NCBI GenBank assembly: GCA_001643675.2
Contig: LSRY02000023.1
Span: forward strand, 372,001-436,000
Reading direction: 5' to 3'
DNA: 64,000 nucleotides
Source: Monocercomonoides exilis PA203
Lineage: Eukaryota > Protista > Preaxostyla
Within the stretch, counting starts at the first letter, position 1. Each line of letters begins with the position of its first letter. Of the stretch, positions 20,156 to 32,449 are shown in pieces. The notes beneath the pieces were generated by a model, which did not search any database, had not been told where the DNA came from, and saw only the letters and a list, made by a program, of their open reading frames with translations. The translations under genes and the position numbers were made by a program.

Positions 20156-22723
20156 ATGACATATAAAGCAACCAGGAGAAGATTGGAACTTGAAGAGCAA
20201 GAGCTTAGAAATTATTTTGAAAATCAAGCTTTAATTGAACAAGAAGAGAGTCGAAAAGGCTTATTTTATTGTTATTGTTCAATTTTCATTATTAAAAGAT
20301 GTTGAATTTCACAGAAATTGATGCATTTGAAATAAAGATTGGATTGAAGGGACGAGCTGGAGCATGCAACGCATCATCTGTGATGCAGCAAGTTGAAGAA
20401 CTTGATGATTTGGGTATTAGAAAATCTCGACCCCCTGAAATTGAAGCATTTATTTATGGACTAAATCAATCTCCAGGAATTTTTAAGGTATGCATTTCAT
20501 TAAATTTTAATTTAAAAAACAAAACTAACTGAATATTAAATAACACAAAACAAATCGAAAGATAAAAAGACCAGCAACAGCCTCGGCGAAGTATGCTGAT
20601 AAAAAGATAATTTCATTTAAAATGTTTTATTTCAATTGATGCATTCTATTAAAAATTAACATGAATAAGGATTGGAGCTTCAAACTCATCTCATTCATTG
20701 CCAAATAAAAATTGTGAACCTCAATCAGAAGTTGAGAGAAGCTATTTAAGATGTCTTCCTCTAAGGACAACACAAATAGAACCAATACTTTTACCAAAAC
20801 GAAGCATTAGAACCGTAAAAGTCGAAAGAATAGAACATGCTGATCCATTTGTTGGAACGTCATATGGATTACCAGCAGGAAAGAGGATGGGATGTGACTT
20901 GACTCGATCTTTTTTTGCGAAAAAGGACGTTGAGAGAGAGAAACGTGTGAAAAAGAAGATATTTCAGAAAGAAGAAGAAGGAGAAATCAGGAGGCGTCTC
21001 ATGGAAATAAAGAGAAGGCGAGCACTAAAAGCCGAAGAAGAACTAAAAACAGCAACACTGATGCTTGAGCGTCAGCGACTGTTAGAAGAACTTGAAAGTC
21101 TGTCTATTCTCTCATTATATATGTATATATCTGCTTTGTTGTTTAAATGTGTGGGATATTGTGAATATATTTCTTTCTTTCTTTCTTTCTCTCTATCTAT
21201 CTATCTACCAACCTATCTATCTATCTCTTTATAATTATTATTAATATTATTTTAAATTATTTTTTTGTTCTATTTTCCTATTGCTGTTATTACTATTGCT
21301 CTGAATCACAAATGTGCTTCATCTCCAAATTCGACAAAACTCACATACAAATGTGTTAACCTTTTTTTTTATGTCAGGAAGGAGAGCGTTGCACTTCCAG
21401 CAGTCGCTGTCACTGGGCGAGCTGCATGCTCTGAGGAGAGTGAAGGAGGTGGCCTCTCAGCCGCCAGTGACAGACACGATTGTGTGGGAAGAAGACCTCG
21501 AAGAAAAGGGCAAAGACGCATCAAATGAGAAGACGGCAGGCGAGGCAAACAAGAGCGAGGCAAAAAAGGAAGGAGAAGTCACAGGGCAGTACATGCAGCA
21601 GCTGCGGCAGATGCTTTATCCGTCTGATGGAGCTTCTGCTGCACAGAAGAACAGCACAGCGCCGTTGGACTCTTTTGCCAGCTTGGGCCAGTCAGTCCTG
21701 GACGACTGCGGAATCACACCGCCCACTTCATCTTCTGTGGCCACCACATCTGAGCTGCTGAAGCAGCACAAATTGGCTGAAATGCTGAGCATGCGCGATC
21801 CGCTCCATTACTCTGCTTCTTTGAAACAACCACCACTGATTGTGGGCGGCCTTCCAGCACACAGCTCTCCGCTCTCTGCGTCTGGCCTTTCTCCGTTCGC
21901 CCTTCAGTCGCCTCAGCTGTTTGCCAGATCGCCTGTCCCTTTTCTCCCTTCATCTTCTTCCTCCTCCTCTTCCTCTTCCACTTCACCAAAGTTCGGCCGC
22001 TCCTCTCCATTTGCTGATGTCTCCTCTCCTTTTGTCAGCTCGTTTGGCTCCCATTCGCCGCCACAGCAACAGCAGCAGCATCATCATCAAATGGGACAGC
22101 CTTCAAACAATTCGCCTTCTCCCTCTGCTTCCACTTCATCTTTCGCATCACTTCATCCTGCCTTCCCGCAGTCTGCGAGCACTGCCTCAATCACACCAAG
22201 CGATCTTCTGTCTCCTCAATCGTGCATTCGCCCGCGCTCTGCCATCGGAAGACCTCAATCTGCTGCAGCTTCCTCCACCACGCTGTTTACTCGCCTGTCC
22301 AGCAATAGTCGATCTTTGGCTGCATTAGCATCTTCTTCCTTTTCTTCCTCTCCTTCCTCTTCCTCTACCTCTTCCTCTTCTTCAAAGTCGACGGCTCACA
22401 TCCGCCCGGCTTCTGCTGTTCCTGGAGGGTGTAGAATGCGACAAGTGTCGTCTTCTCCTTTACTGACTAAAAAATCGCACACTTCTCTTTCTGCTTCTAA
22501 GCCCAAAGTGAAACAGTCTTCAAGACCTTCTTCTGCATCAACGGTCTCGTTGCTGTCTTTTTCTTCTTCTCCTTCTCGTTCTTATTCTTCATCTTCGTTG
22601 GCATCATCATCATCTTCTTCTTCTTCTTCCACTTCATCTGACTTTCTATCTGAGCTGATGCGCACCGACTCCTCATTATTTACACGAACTTGTCGCGAAG
22701 AGATGTGTTCAAATACCTCTTCT

Positions 22724-22759
<36 letters not shown>

Positions 22760-22921
22760 ACAAAAGCAGAGGCCGATTTGTGTGCTCCTGTTTCGTCGCT
22801 GCTGGCTGAGATGGACAAGCTGGCTGTTCACATCAAAGAAGAGGAAGAGCAGCAGAAGCGAGATGCAGAAAGGAAAGACAGGAGAAAAGCAAAGAATCTC
22901 GGTAAAAGCGATGCAGGTTGA
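20156..22921 (+). CDS. Multi-exon hypothetical protein with a coiled-coil segment and a long Ser-rich C-terminus
   Basis: ATG at 20156 (MTYKATRRRLELEEQELRNYFENQ). Coding-like segments in ORFs 20299-20532, 20698-21234 and 21314-22921 are separated by AT-rich intron-like gaps; RPxSA repeats. Exact splice sites uncertain. Confidence 0.65.
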
Positions 22922-23350
22922 TTTGGATCTGGGCTTCTTGGTTTGATTGGAATTGATACTTTTTCAAGGTTGCTCTGTAAAATGCGTAATTCTTTCTTTC
23001 TGTGTGACATATTTTTTTTTTTTTTTTGAAAAAAGTTCCGTCTTTCTTTTGACAGTTAAGTTGAATTTACAAAATCGTAGAGTTCAAACTAGCAGCATTA
23101 TTTTGTGTAGTATCGATTGAAAATAATTATGATATTTGGGGAAAAAAATAAAATGAAAATGAAAAGAATATTTATAAGCCAAAAAACTAATGTGATGAAA
23201 ACAAATCGTTGAGCAAATCTCAAATTCAAAAGGAAAAATAAAATATGTGGCATATGTCCACAAAGAGGATGATATATCAATATGAAGGAAGTTGATACGC
23301 GTGGAAGTGACAAGCGTGTGAAAGAAATACGAGTGCTTTGAAATGAGTGT

Positions 23351-24254
23351 TCAAACTGCAATGACGAACCACGTAAGCGCGAAGAAAAACAGAATTACAG
23401 GAAACATTCCAAGTGCAACACGCTTGGGTGGAACAATCACAGAAAAGAAAGGAACTGTCGCTGTTAAAAAAATCGTTTAAGCGATGAGAATTAAAAGAAA
23501 ACGAAAATTGGAAATTGCAGCAAAACCTATAATTGACCATATGAATGCAGCAAGTCCAAGAACACTTTTAACAATAAAGCTTACGTATGCAAGATTTACT
23601 AAAGAAACTGCTGCTCCTGCAATGGCAACAACGCAATATGGGCAAAGGCAGTATCCTAACAAGCAAACACTCTGAAATATGGATCTAAAAAAGGAAATTA
23701 TCTTTAAATAAGAAACAATTCAAGCAAACAGATTTCCACCAATAAATTTTGCATTCCAAGAAACAGCAGTAGCACCAACCCACATTACGACAAAAGCTAT
23801 TGTGAAGAAGACTGCTGATTCTCCAGAAGTTGCTTGAAGTGTCATGCAACTTGAAAAGAAAATGCAATAAAATAAAAATATAAAATAAGAAATTAACAAT
23901 TCAAACCATCCGAATATCAAGCTAAAAGCTAAAGGACCCCAAAGATCCCCTGTTTAAAAATTATTGATTTTAAAGCAGATGAAACATTAAAACGAATCTT
24001 AGCAATTCGAGAATAATAAACTTCACACAATTTTGAAGATGATGCTTTTTTGAATTTGATTTAGAAGGGCACAATATTCCCAATAAATTTGTGCCAATTG
24101 ATTTTATATCTCGCATAAGGGAATCTACAACTGATTCACCAAGAGTGCTTTCATCTGGAGCTTGTTCTTGTTGAATCTCTATTGAAGGTTGCTGAACAGA
24201 CGACTGCAAAGCTTGTGTATCGTCTGGAAGTGAAGTTTGGAAATTATCATTCAT
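23351..24254 (-). CDS. YIPF6: Yip1-domain Golgi membrane protein, YIPF6/Yip4-like (multi-exon)
   Basis: STLGESVVDSLMRD, (W)DLWGPL, WVGATAVSWNAKFIGG, FQSVCLLGYCLCP. Last exon ATVPFFSVIVPPKRVALGMFPVILFF...IAV-TGA (23351-23353). Confidence 0.88.
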
Positions 24255-24434
24255 TTTTAATATGGATAGTTATGATCAAAATATTAATTTTTTCCTCAAC
24301 GATAAAACATAAAATCAAATGAAATTAAAACGCAAAGGTAAAATATAAAACAATAGCATTGATAATTTGTCATTTCTCAAGCATTTTTCGTTCAACAGAT
24401 CATTAACTCCTTGTTTCTGTAAAATCTTCCATGT

Positions 24435-26673
24435 TCATTCCTCAAAAATAGAAGAAACTGCAATATTCTGCGCATCAACGCTTTGGAGGTTCGCCGGTTT
24501 TTGAGCATCTGTCTTCAAGGCACTTGACAAAGAAGGAAGCGGAAAGCGGAAAACATCTCCTTTTCGAGTGATTGCGATAATGTTGCCTTGCAAAAAGCCG
24601 ACCCACGATTTGGCGTCTGGCGAATCCATTTGATTGGAGTATGTAATGTATTTGGCAGAGCTGCTATCAGAAACAGGGCGAGGGGGCATTGAAGATGGTA
24701 ACGGTGATGGTGATGTTGATGAAGATGAAGATGATTGTGCCAATGAAATGGAAGAAGAAGATGATGATGATGAATTGCAAGCTTCATCAGCAGTATCATT
24801 TTGTGCATCTGGTGAATCAAGAGCGAGCAATGAGGACTCGTCCAACACAGAAAACGATGCCAAAGACGAAGAAGTTGAAGGCTTTGCTGCGTCTGCCTCA
24901 TTTTTAGCAGTCGAATTTGATTCTAATCCAAATTCTGCCATAGCGTCCCTCAGTTTGACTTCTCTTTGCTGCTCTGTATTTTCGCCATGGCTCAAGGAAT
25001 TGGCTTCATCTGTGGTAGAAGGAATCGAAGAAGAAGGTGAAGATACTGATGAAGATGGCGATGATGAAGAAGAAGTCGATGAAGATGACAATGATGATAC
25101 TGCTGAACGCGAAGATGATGCAAATTTAGCAGAGGTTCTTTTCTCGTTCTTTTCCTCCTTCTGCATTCTGGTGTATCCACTGCACTTGTCCAAGCGTCCT
25201 TTGATGTAGGAAGCATAGCCAGTGTCCAGCGATTCAGCAGAGGAAGCAGCAGCAGACGAAGACGATGCCACAGGTCGCTTTGCCCAAATCATCGAGCTCA
25301 AAAGTCCCGTCGCAGATTTCAGCATCTGAGTGGGTGTCTTCCATCTGTGGGTGTGTTGATGAAAGCAAGAGAAGAAGAAGAAACGGGGTTGAAATGTTAA
25401 AAGAGGGGGGTTTGATGAAACAATGAAAATAAATTAAAAGGTGAATGAAAAAAAAAAAAGGTTGGAGAAATAATAAATGAAATAACATAACATTGAAGCG
25501 TATTCAAATGTGAAAGCGATGTTAATCTTTTAATAGAAAAAAATTATAAAATAAAGAGCATACAAAGAAGTTGGTTGTATTGTGTTTTCTGCAGAAAAGA
25601 TATGAAGCGTATCCTAATTTCATTTTTGTTTCATTTTTCATCAATTAATTAATTAATTAATTTCAAAAAAAATTAAAGAAAAGAAAAGAAAAAGAAAATC
25701 ATTAAGCAAAACCGAAAGAAGAAAAAATCAAACTGATGTGCTGATGCACGCTAGGTTTTCAAACATTTGGGTGTCAGCGTCTTCTTTGTTCTGATTTGAT
25801 TGCACTCCCCGCTCAAAGAACGACATATTCATGATCTTTGTGGGAGAAGAGCCGCGTTTAAGTCTTAGGTAAGGTGATAAAGTTATTTGAGTTTCTGTTG
25901 CTGTTATTGTAAATATAGTGATTGTCTTTCCCTAAAATTTTGATAATTGTGTATATATGGTTTTCTCAAAAGAAAAACAAATAAAAATGGCATACATTCT
26001 CAGGAGAAGTTGCAAGTTTTGTTCCTTTCGAATTCAGTGCTAATGCTCTAACTGGCTCATCTTCCACTTGAAAAGAATCTGTAATGTGCTTAAAAAGAGA
26101 ATACAAAGTCACGCATTCCCTTGGATTTGAAACAGCTGCAATAACGAGATTATTTATATCCTGTGAAATGACAATGTTTACTTACAGAAGAAATTTTTAT
26201 TTCACAAAAAAATGTTTTTATCATTCAAACAATCATTTGCCCCATTTAGATCAATAATCTCTCTTGCACGAAGATCCTCAATTGGTATAACATGCAAATG
26301 GAATTGAGTTGCGGCAATGATCATGTTTGCACTGAATCTTGCATAAATTAAAGGGTTGTGAAATGTCAATTTTGCTGATTAGTTTTTTATAAAATTGATA
26401 AACTTCTACAAAACAAAAAGCTGTACCTAAAATATTTTCGCTTTTATGATCTCTTAGAACTAAAAATTCAGGATGCAGCTCTGGAACGGTCATTATAAGT
26501 CCAAGAGAAGGAAGATAATCTGCAAGTTTTGTTGGGCTTTTCATTTTATAAAATGCATGGAACCAAGTTCCATCGAATGAATATATATTCATAAATTGAG
26601 AAGTTGCTATAATCGTGTGATGCGTTTTTTGAGAATAAACAACTGAATTAACTTTCACATTTTTTTCTTTCAT
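24435..26673 (-). CDS. Atg18/WIPI (PROPPIN)-like WD40 beta-propeller, multi-exon, with a Ser-rich insert
   Basis: N-terminus MKEKNVKVNSVVYSQ..IIATSQFMNIY; VRALALNSKGTKLATS; GKTITIF; RLKRGS at the position of the (F/L)RRG phosphoinositide motif; TLHIF. Confidence 0.72.
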
Positions 26674-26872
26674 TTTTTCTTTCAGTTTTTCGTATTTAAA
26701 AACTTTAATATGGTTGTTTGAAAATACTTCAATAAAAAAACTTTCTGCATTCCAATAACAGGTTGCATGTACAGTTTTCAAAAAGGAAAAATAAATTAAA
26801 TTGCATTAAATTAAAATTGAAAATAAGCAGAAAAAAAAGAAATAAAATTGGAATATCACTCATATTCCACAA

Positions 26873-27772
26873 TTAACATTGAAAGTAGCCTGCATAACAA
26901 GCCGTTTCGAACTCACATTCATTTGTACCCCTAATGATTTTAAAGAAGCCATCTTCCCCCCACTCTGTACCATAAGTATTCTGGACAAGCCAATAAGGAA
27001 TACCATTTTCAGTTCCCCAACCCATTACCATCACACAATGAGCACCTTTAAGCTTTCCTGTTAAATGTTTGTAAACTCCACTTTTGTATTGCCTAAAATC
27101 TTCATATGTTATGAATGATGCCTGAAATGGTCCATGTTCATAGAGTTCCTGTTGCATATTTTTCGCAGGGATGTGAGAATATGAAGTTGCCTTAACTCTT
27201 ACGATGTCTGACCCATTCACACATTTTTTAGGACATTGAGGAATTCTTTTATCTGCTGAAACATAAGGAATGCACTTTTCAGTAGCCAGCCCAGTTTGTT
27301 TAATATATTTCCATGTTTGAGGTGGCGGGCAGCCAAGACATTTAAAGCAAGCAGAATTACAAGATACTTGATCTTGAACAGACAGGACGCCCCTGCTGCA
27401 ACCCAATATGTTCAAACGATTTCCCGCAGATTCCGACGCAGAATGCGCCCAACATGAGCCACAGCTTCCTTGTTTCCGTACGGGAACCATTTTACCGGGC
27501 CATTGAATTCTAGCATCAAATGTATCTGGAAGCGAAGAATCTTCAATATAATCAGAAAAACTGGAAGCATGATGAGGAGCAAATTGTTCTTTCATGTCTA
27601 TTTGTTTAATAACTTCAATTGGATATTCCGTTGCCTTCCATGTTGCTCCTGGATAATTATTTACAAACTGTACAATGGAATTTTTGCAATATGCAGAAAA
27701 AATAAGAAAATATATCATCATAAATATAAAATTTGATCGATTGTTGCATAATTTATTTTTTCTATTAACCAT
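26873..27772 (-). CDS. Cathepsin B-like papain-family (C1A) cysteine protease, intronless
   Basis: LPDTFDARIQWP, QGSCGSCWA (catalytic Cys), GAHCV (His), YWLVQNTYGTEWGEDGFFKI (Asn). The true start is probably the Met at 27721 (signal peptide MMIYFLIFSAYC). Confidence 0.95.
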   Translation of the reverse strand: MVNRKNKLCNNRSNFIFMMIYFLIFSAYCKNSIVQFVNNYPGATWKATEYPIEVIKQIDMKEQFAPHHASSFSDYIEDSSLPDTFDARIQWPGKMVPVRKQGSCGSCWAHSASESAGNRLNILGCSRGVLSVQDQVSCNSACFKCLGCPPPQTWKYIKQTGLATEKCIPYVSADKRIPQCPKKCVNGSDIVRVKATSYSHIPAKNMQQELYEHGPFQASFITYEDFRQYKSGVYKHLTGKLKGAHCVMVMGWGTENGIPYWLVQNTYGTEWGEDGFFKIIRGTNECEFETACYAGYFQC

Positions 27773-27780
27773 TATATTTT

Positions 27781-28678
27781 ATGGGCCATTTTTTATCATT
27801 TTTATTAAACAATAAGTTCAAAGGAACAGCTGCAAAAATTGATTCAAAGCAACCTCCCGCGTTAAATGAACGAGATAATCAAATTTTGGATTTGAAACTA
27901 GCAAGAGATGATTTATCACAAAGACGAGAACAAGTTTTTCGTTTTATTAAATTTATTTTTTCATTAACTGTTTTATACATTCTGTTAACGTACTCATTTT
28001 CGAAGCTTTATTTAAATATTGATCAGGAGAAGCGGAATGCTGTAAATTTGTTTAAAATTGGAAGAAAAGACCAAGCTATTTCATGTATGAAAAGAAAAAT
28101 AAATTATGAAAAAATGATAAAGGTTACATCGGGGTATTACGATAATATTTCGAAACTGCTTGCGGAGTTGGAACAAAGTGAGATTTCGTTGAATGTCGTA
28201 GAGATGATGGAAAGTGCAAATGAAGCTTTATCAATTGCACTTGATGATCTTGATCCAGATAGAATTGAAGAATTAAAAGCACAAATAGAAGAAAAGAACG
28301 AAAAAATTGATGTGTGAATGTTAATTATTTTTTGCTGCTATGTTTCAAATCTTTAGGAGTTACATGGGGTGTTTGAGCAATTCATGATTGCTCCTACTGA
28401 TGAAGAAGCAGAACACGAATTAAGCCTTCTTAATGGACAAGTGTGATTTATAATATATTCTTTATTTATTAAAGAAATTTAATTTTAATTTTAATTTTAA
28501 TTTTTGATTTTTTTCAAAAACTTTATGTTTAATATAAATTTAACGAAAAAAGGAGGTAGATCTATCAGAAATGGCTGTTCCTTCATCACCAATAGCTATC
28601 AATGAAGAGACAGAAGGAAAAGTCGAGAAGCAAAGTGTAGATTCTTGCAAAGGTCAGATGGAACTTGAACCTGCTTAA
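27781..28678 (+). CDS. VPS20: ESCRT-III subunit VPS20/CHMP6 (multi-exon)
   Basis: MG start; DNQILDLKLARDDL, KDQAISCMKRK, VVEMMESANEAL, DRIEEL, DEEAEHEL, acidic tail with VPSSP, stop at 28676-28678. First intron 27934-28005 is in frame. Confidence 0.85.
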
Positions 28679-29505
28679 AACAAGAGGCATTAGCTTCTTA
28701 TTTTTTTACAAATTTGTTGAATGAATTGGGGTAATAGTTTTATTTTAAAAAAGCACTGTTTTAAATTTTTTGTATTGTTATTGGAAAATGGTTGTATAAG
28801 ATTTTTTTCAATTAAAGGTTCGTTTAATTTTGCGTTTTATTAACTTTATTTTCATTAACATTATTATTTTTCTGAATATTATCAATAATGTTTTCACTTC
28901 ATTTCAGTTGTTAATTTTTTAATGCCACTTTATATATTACATATTTTCTGCAATTTCTGGTAAGCTTTGATTTCTTGAAAAGTTATTTTTTCATTTTTAT
29001 AATCGTTTTTCAAGTTTATGCACCAAATGTTTTACGTATTTGAATTTTAATCTTTTTGTTTATGGGGGTTTTTCTATCCGTCCTATATTTTTCATTTTTT
29101 TCATCAACAAAAATTATCTCAAAAACGTTGAATGAAAAATGAAAAAGGAATTTTTGTTCGAATGATCATGTTTACGTCAAATAAAGCACCTATAATTCAA
29201 TTACAATATAGCTGCACAAATAAATCCTCTTGCTAGAATTATAAAACTTTTTTTCGCTTTTAACATGTTGAACTTCATTTTCAAACTTACATCAAGTATT
29301 TTCGAAATCTGCATCTTTTCAATTTTTGAATAGTCTGTCAAAAAAAGAAATGTCTTTTGGTAAGATGTAACAAATTGGGTCCCGTGTTTTCTCAATAAAA
29401 TTGAACTTAATTATTTTCTACTGATTGATAAGACAATATAAAACATTTATATGTGTTTCATTTCTTCGTTTTTTCTTTTAAGATTTTTATAGAAATTATT
29501 TAGCA

Positions 29506-32418
29506 TAACCCTGGGTGACGTGGTGACTTCTGACGTGACTTTTTCGATTTTTGATGGACTTGACAGATTTTTTCACGTCATAAAAAAAAATAAAAAATGA
29601 AAAATGAAAAATAAAAATATTGAAAGTTATTTATCAAAATTACCATTATTCAATTTTCACTGACGCAAAAGCGGAAATCGGATTTTTAGTTCGTCACTGA
29701 CGTCACCTGTCTCTGACGTAACACCGAGTCAGAAGTGTGTTTACGCTTAAAAAAGATGCAAAAAACCAAGTGGTCAGTTAGGTTAAAGAATTATGACTGA
29801 TTTCGTTTGTAAGCTTTATTTCCATAATTTTTCTATTGTTTTGCTCAATTCTCATTTTTTTTTCAAAGTGCAATACATTCGTGCAACGAAAAAGAACAAT
29901 AATGCTATTCATAATTTGCCCAACGCAATTGCACAACAGTGCCTATGATTTGTTGTTCAGGTTATAAAATTTGTTATTTTTTTTTTAATTTTTGTTTTTT
30001 CGCATATTTTCTAACATAACTTCAACAGCTGAATTGCCTTTTTGTGTCGAATGAATAATAAGTTAACATAATTATTGAAGTTATTGCAGAAATTAAGGAT
30101 GTCAATTCAATTGTTGTTTGAAATGCATTGTCTTTAAATGATTGTTTCTTGCATTGCAAAAGTTCAAATGAAGGAGTAATATTTACACTTAATAACAAGT
30201 GATACTATAATGAACACTCACCCTGAATAAAAAGGAATAATTTAATTATAACCAAAGAATGCTTTTGAAAACCTGATTTTCAAAGCATTGAAATGCAAAA
30301 AATTTCAAAAATTACTCAAAAGCACAGAAAAGAGGCTGAAAGAGTGGATGAATCAGTTGGAGTGCGCAGTCTTTAAAACATAACCATTACGCTGTCTTTC
30401 TGTTTGAAATTATTTTGTTGAAGAAAAGAAACAATAAAATTATTTGAATGTTTCAATTTTTGAAAGAATTGCATAATAAATAAAAAACATGATGAAATTC
30501 ACATCCACCACTTTTTTCATATACGAATAAAAATTTGTTTTTGATTTTGTGAAATTGAAATTTGAAAAAATAAAATTTTAAAGATACATAATTTCAAGCT
30601 TAATTGATGATAAACATATAATAATTACAAATATCCAACATTGTCCAACGAAAAAAATTTCAGCAAATAATCTTAAATAAAGTTTTCGATGATATTTTCT
30701 TATCCTTTTTTTCCTTCTTTTTTAATATTTCTATTTTGATCTTCTTCTATTCTGTTTTGGATAATTCTTCATCTGTTTCCATGTTCAATCTTTCTGAAAG
30801 TGAAAAAGATATATCGAGGCAGCACTCAAGAATGTCATGGTCCAACGTTGGCTGACGCAGCTTCTCCAAAGCAATGCAAACATTTCCACTTTCAGAACAA
30901 TAGAAACTGATGTTATCTTTTCTAAGACAGGAAAACCAAAAGAGAAATGCACAACTTGTGAATTGAATATTTGTGATTTTCCGTTTCCCTGTGAAGCCTT
31001 GAAAAGAACTCCAATAACATAACTGGCTCTTCTTTCACCCTCATATTGAAATTGAAACAGCAAACGCATTGTTATTCATCCATCTCTTTATCGATCTCGC
31101 TTCATTTGTTTTTTCCTCTTCATCTTTTTTCTTCCAATTCACACACTTTGACAGATCTTCCAACTCTCTTGCAGCTTCTCTCATAAAATGCAGCTCCTTT
31201 TCTAACACTTCTCCTGAATATTCACAGTTGTCATATCGATTTATCTTAAATTCCCAAGAATAATTATCTGTCTATTGCTTCAGATTTCGTTTTTCCTGAA
31301 GATTTCAGATTATTTCTTCAAACTCTCTCTCATATACAGTTCTTCTTCTATAAGTTGTTCAAAAATTAAAAAATGATAGCAAATAAACAAAGAAGAAACA
31401 ATTCCACACTGTAAACTGGTTTATGTTTCTCAAAGCAAGAAAAGCCATTTCCACTTCCTTTCGAGTTTCCTCGCTTTCCTCTTTCTTCAACGCAACTTTC
31501 AGCAAACAAGGCACGCAAATAGAATTCAATTTCAATGATGATGAGCCTCCAAATAATAAGATACATTCACTAAGATCAGCAATTAGCCTTTCATCCTTTC
31601 CTTCATTTTTCACATTTTCATCAATGATCATCTTCCAAAATCTTATGTTCAACGAAGATTCATCAAGGAAAAGGCTCCGTGTATTTTTCAATGAGACGAA
31701 AAATCCTATTTGCTTGTATTACTCATTTGTATTTTCCATTGAAATTTTCTTTTCTTCAATAATTTCTCCCATGTGAATGAATAATTCTTTTGCGAAAACA
31801 AATATGAATTCTTTCAAAGTCATTGCATCAATTGTTTCATTCATTTCTTCGATTATCTGTTTCTGTGCATCAACATTGCATCTTTAAAGCTCAGAAAACA
31901 ATTCTGAATAAAACAAATAAGAAAATAATCACAAACATCAAAAAATCTATATATATATTAAATGCAAACCCTAAAGCGAGATTGCATATCCTTCTACTTC
32001 ATTTTTTTCTAAAATTGCAGTAGGAATGAACCACACTTTAACGTTTCTGACAAAATGAAAACAAATTGAAAAAGAAGAATTAATTTCTTATAAAATTTTA
32101 ATATATGATAACTTCTATGTGTTCACACCATGATTTTTCGAATTGGTTCAGTAAACAAGTCATTTCAAAGATAATTCTTGTATTAAATTAGTCTATCATT
32201 TTGTAATGGGAATCCATCTTTTTTTTTTTTTTTGAAAATAATTATTTGAACAAATTGAAAAAACTTTTATATTATGATAAAGGTTTTTTTGTTCAAAATA
32301 GGATTTTTTAAATTTTTAAATTTTAAAATTTTTAAATTTTTAATTTTTATTTTTTTTTTTTTAGTGGAAAATCGGTGACGGACGTGACAAAATTTTTTCT
32401 TCACGTCACCCAGGCTTA
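29506..32418. mobile_element. Non-autonomous hAT-like element (2913 bp) carrying a host gene copy
   Basis: 17-bp TIRs TAACCCTGGGTGACGTG / reverse complement TAAGCCTGGGTGACGTG. Perfect 8-bp TSD ATTTAGCA (29498-29505, 32419-32426). Clustered subterminal TGACG/CGTCA motifs. No transposase seen. Confidence 0.87.
30600..31990 (-). pseudogene. Decayed, near-full-length member of the lineage-specific expanded 'KVALKKEE' helical protein family
   Basis: ELFSEL*RCN..QKQIIEEMN; SSLNIRFWKMIIDE; LIADLSECILL; ICVPCLLKVALKKEESEETRKEVEMAFLALRNI; LHFMREAARELEDLSKCVNWKKK; KVEMFALLWRSCV. In-frame stops and frameshifts; intron-like gaps retained. Ends approximate. Confidence 0.8.
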
Positions 32419-32449
32419 ATTTAGCATTAAGGGTTTTGATCATTGAAAA

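Noticed and set aside
20250-20333. Possible GC-AG first intron in the 20156 gene
   Set aside because: A GT donor in the same phase a few bases upstream also restores the frame; undecidable without cDNA.
29505-32419. piggyBac reading of the nested element (ATAA-CCCT...AGGC-TTAA)
   Set aside because: Needs mismatches in both TSD and terminus. The 17-bp TIR with a perfect 8-bp TSD is a better fit.
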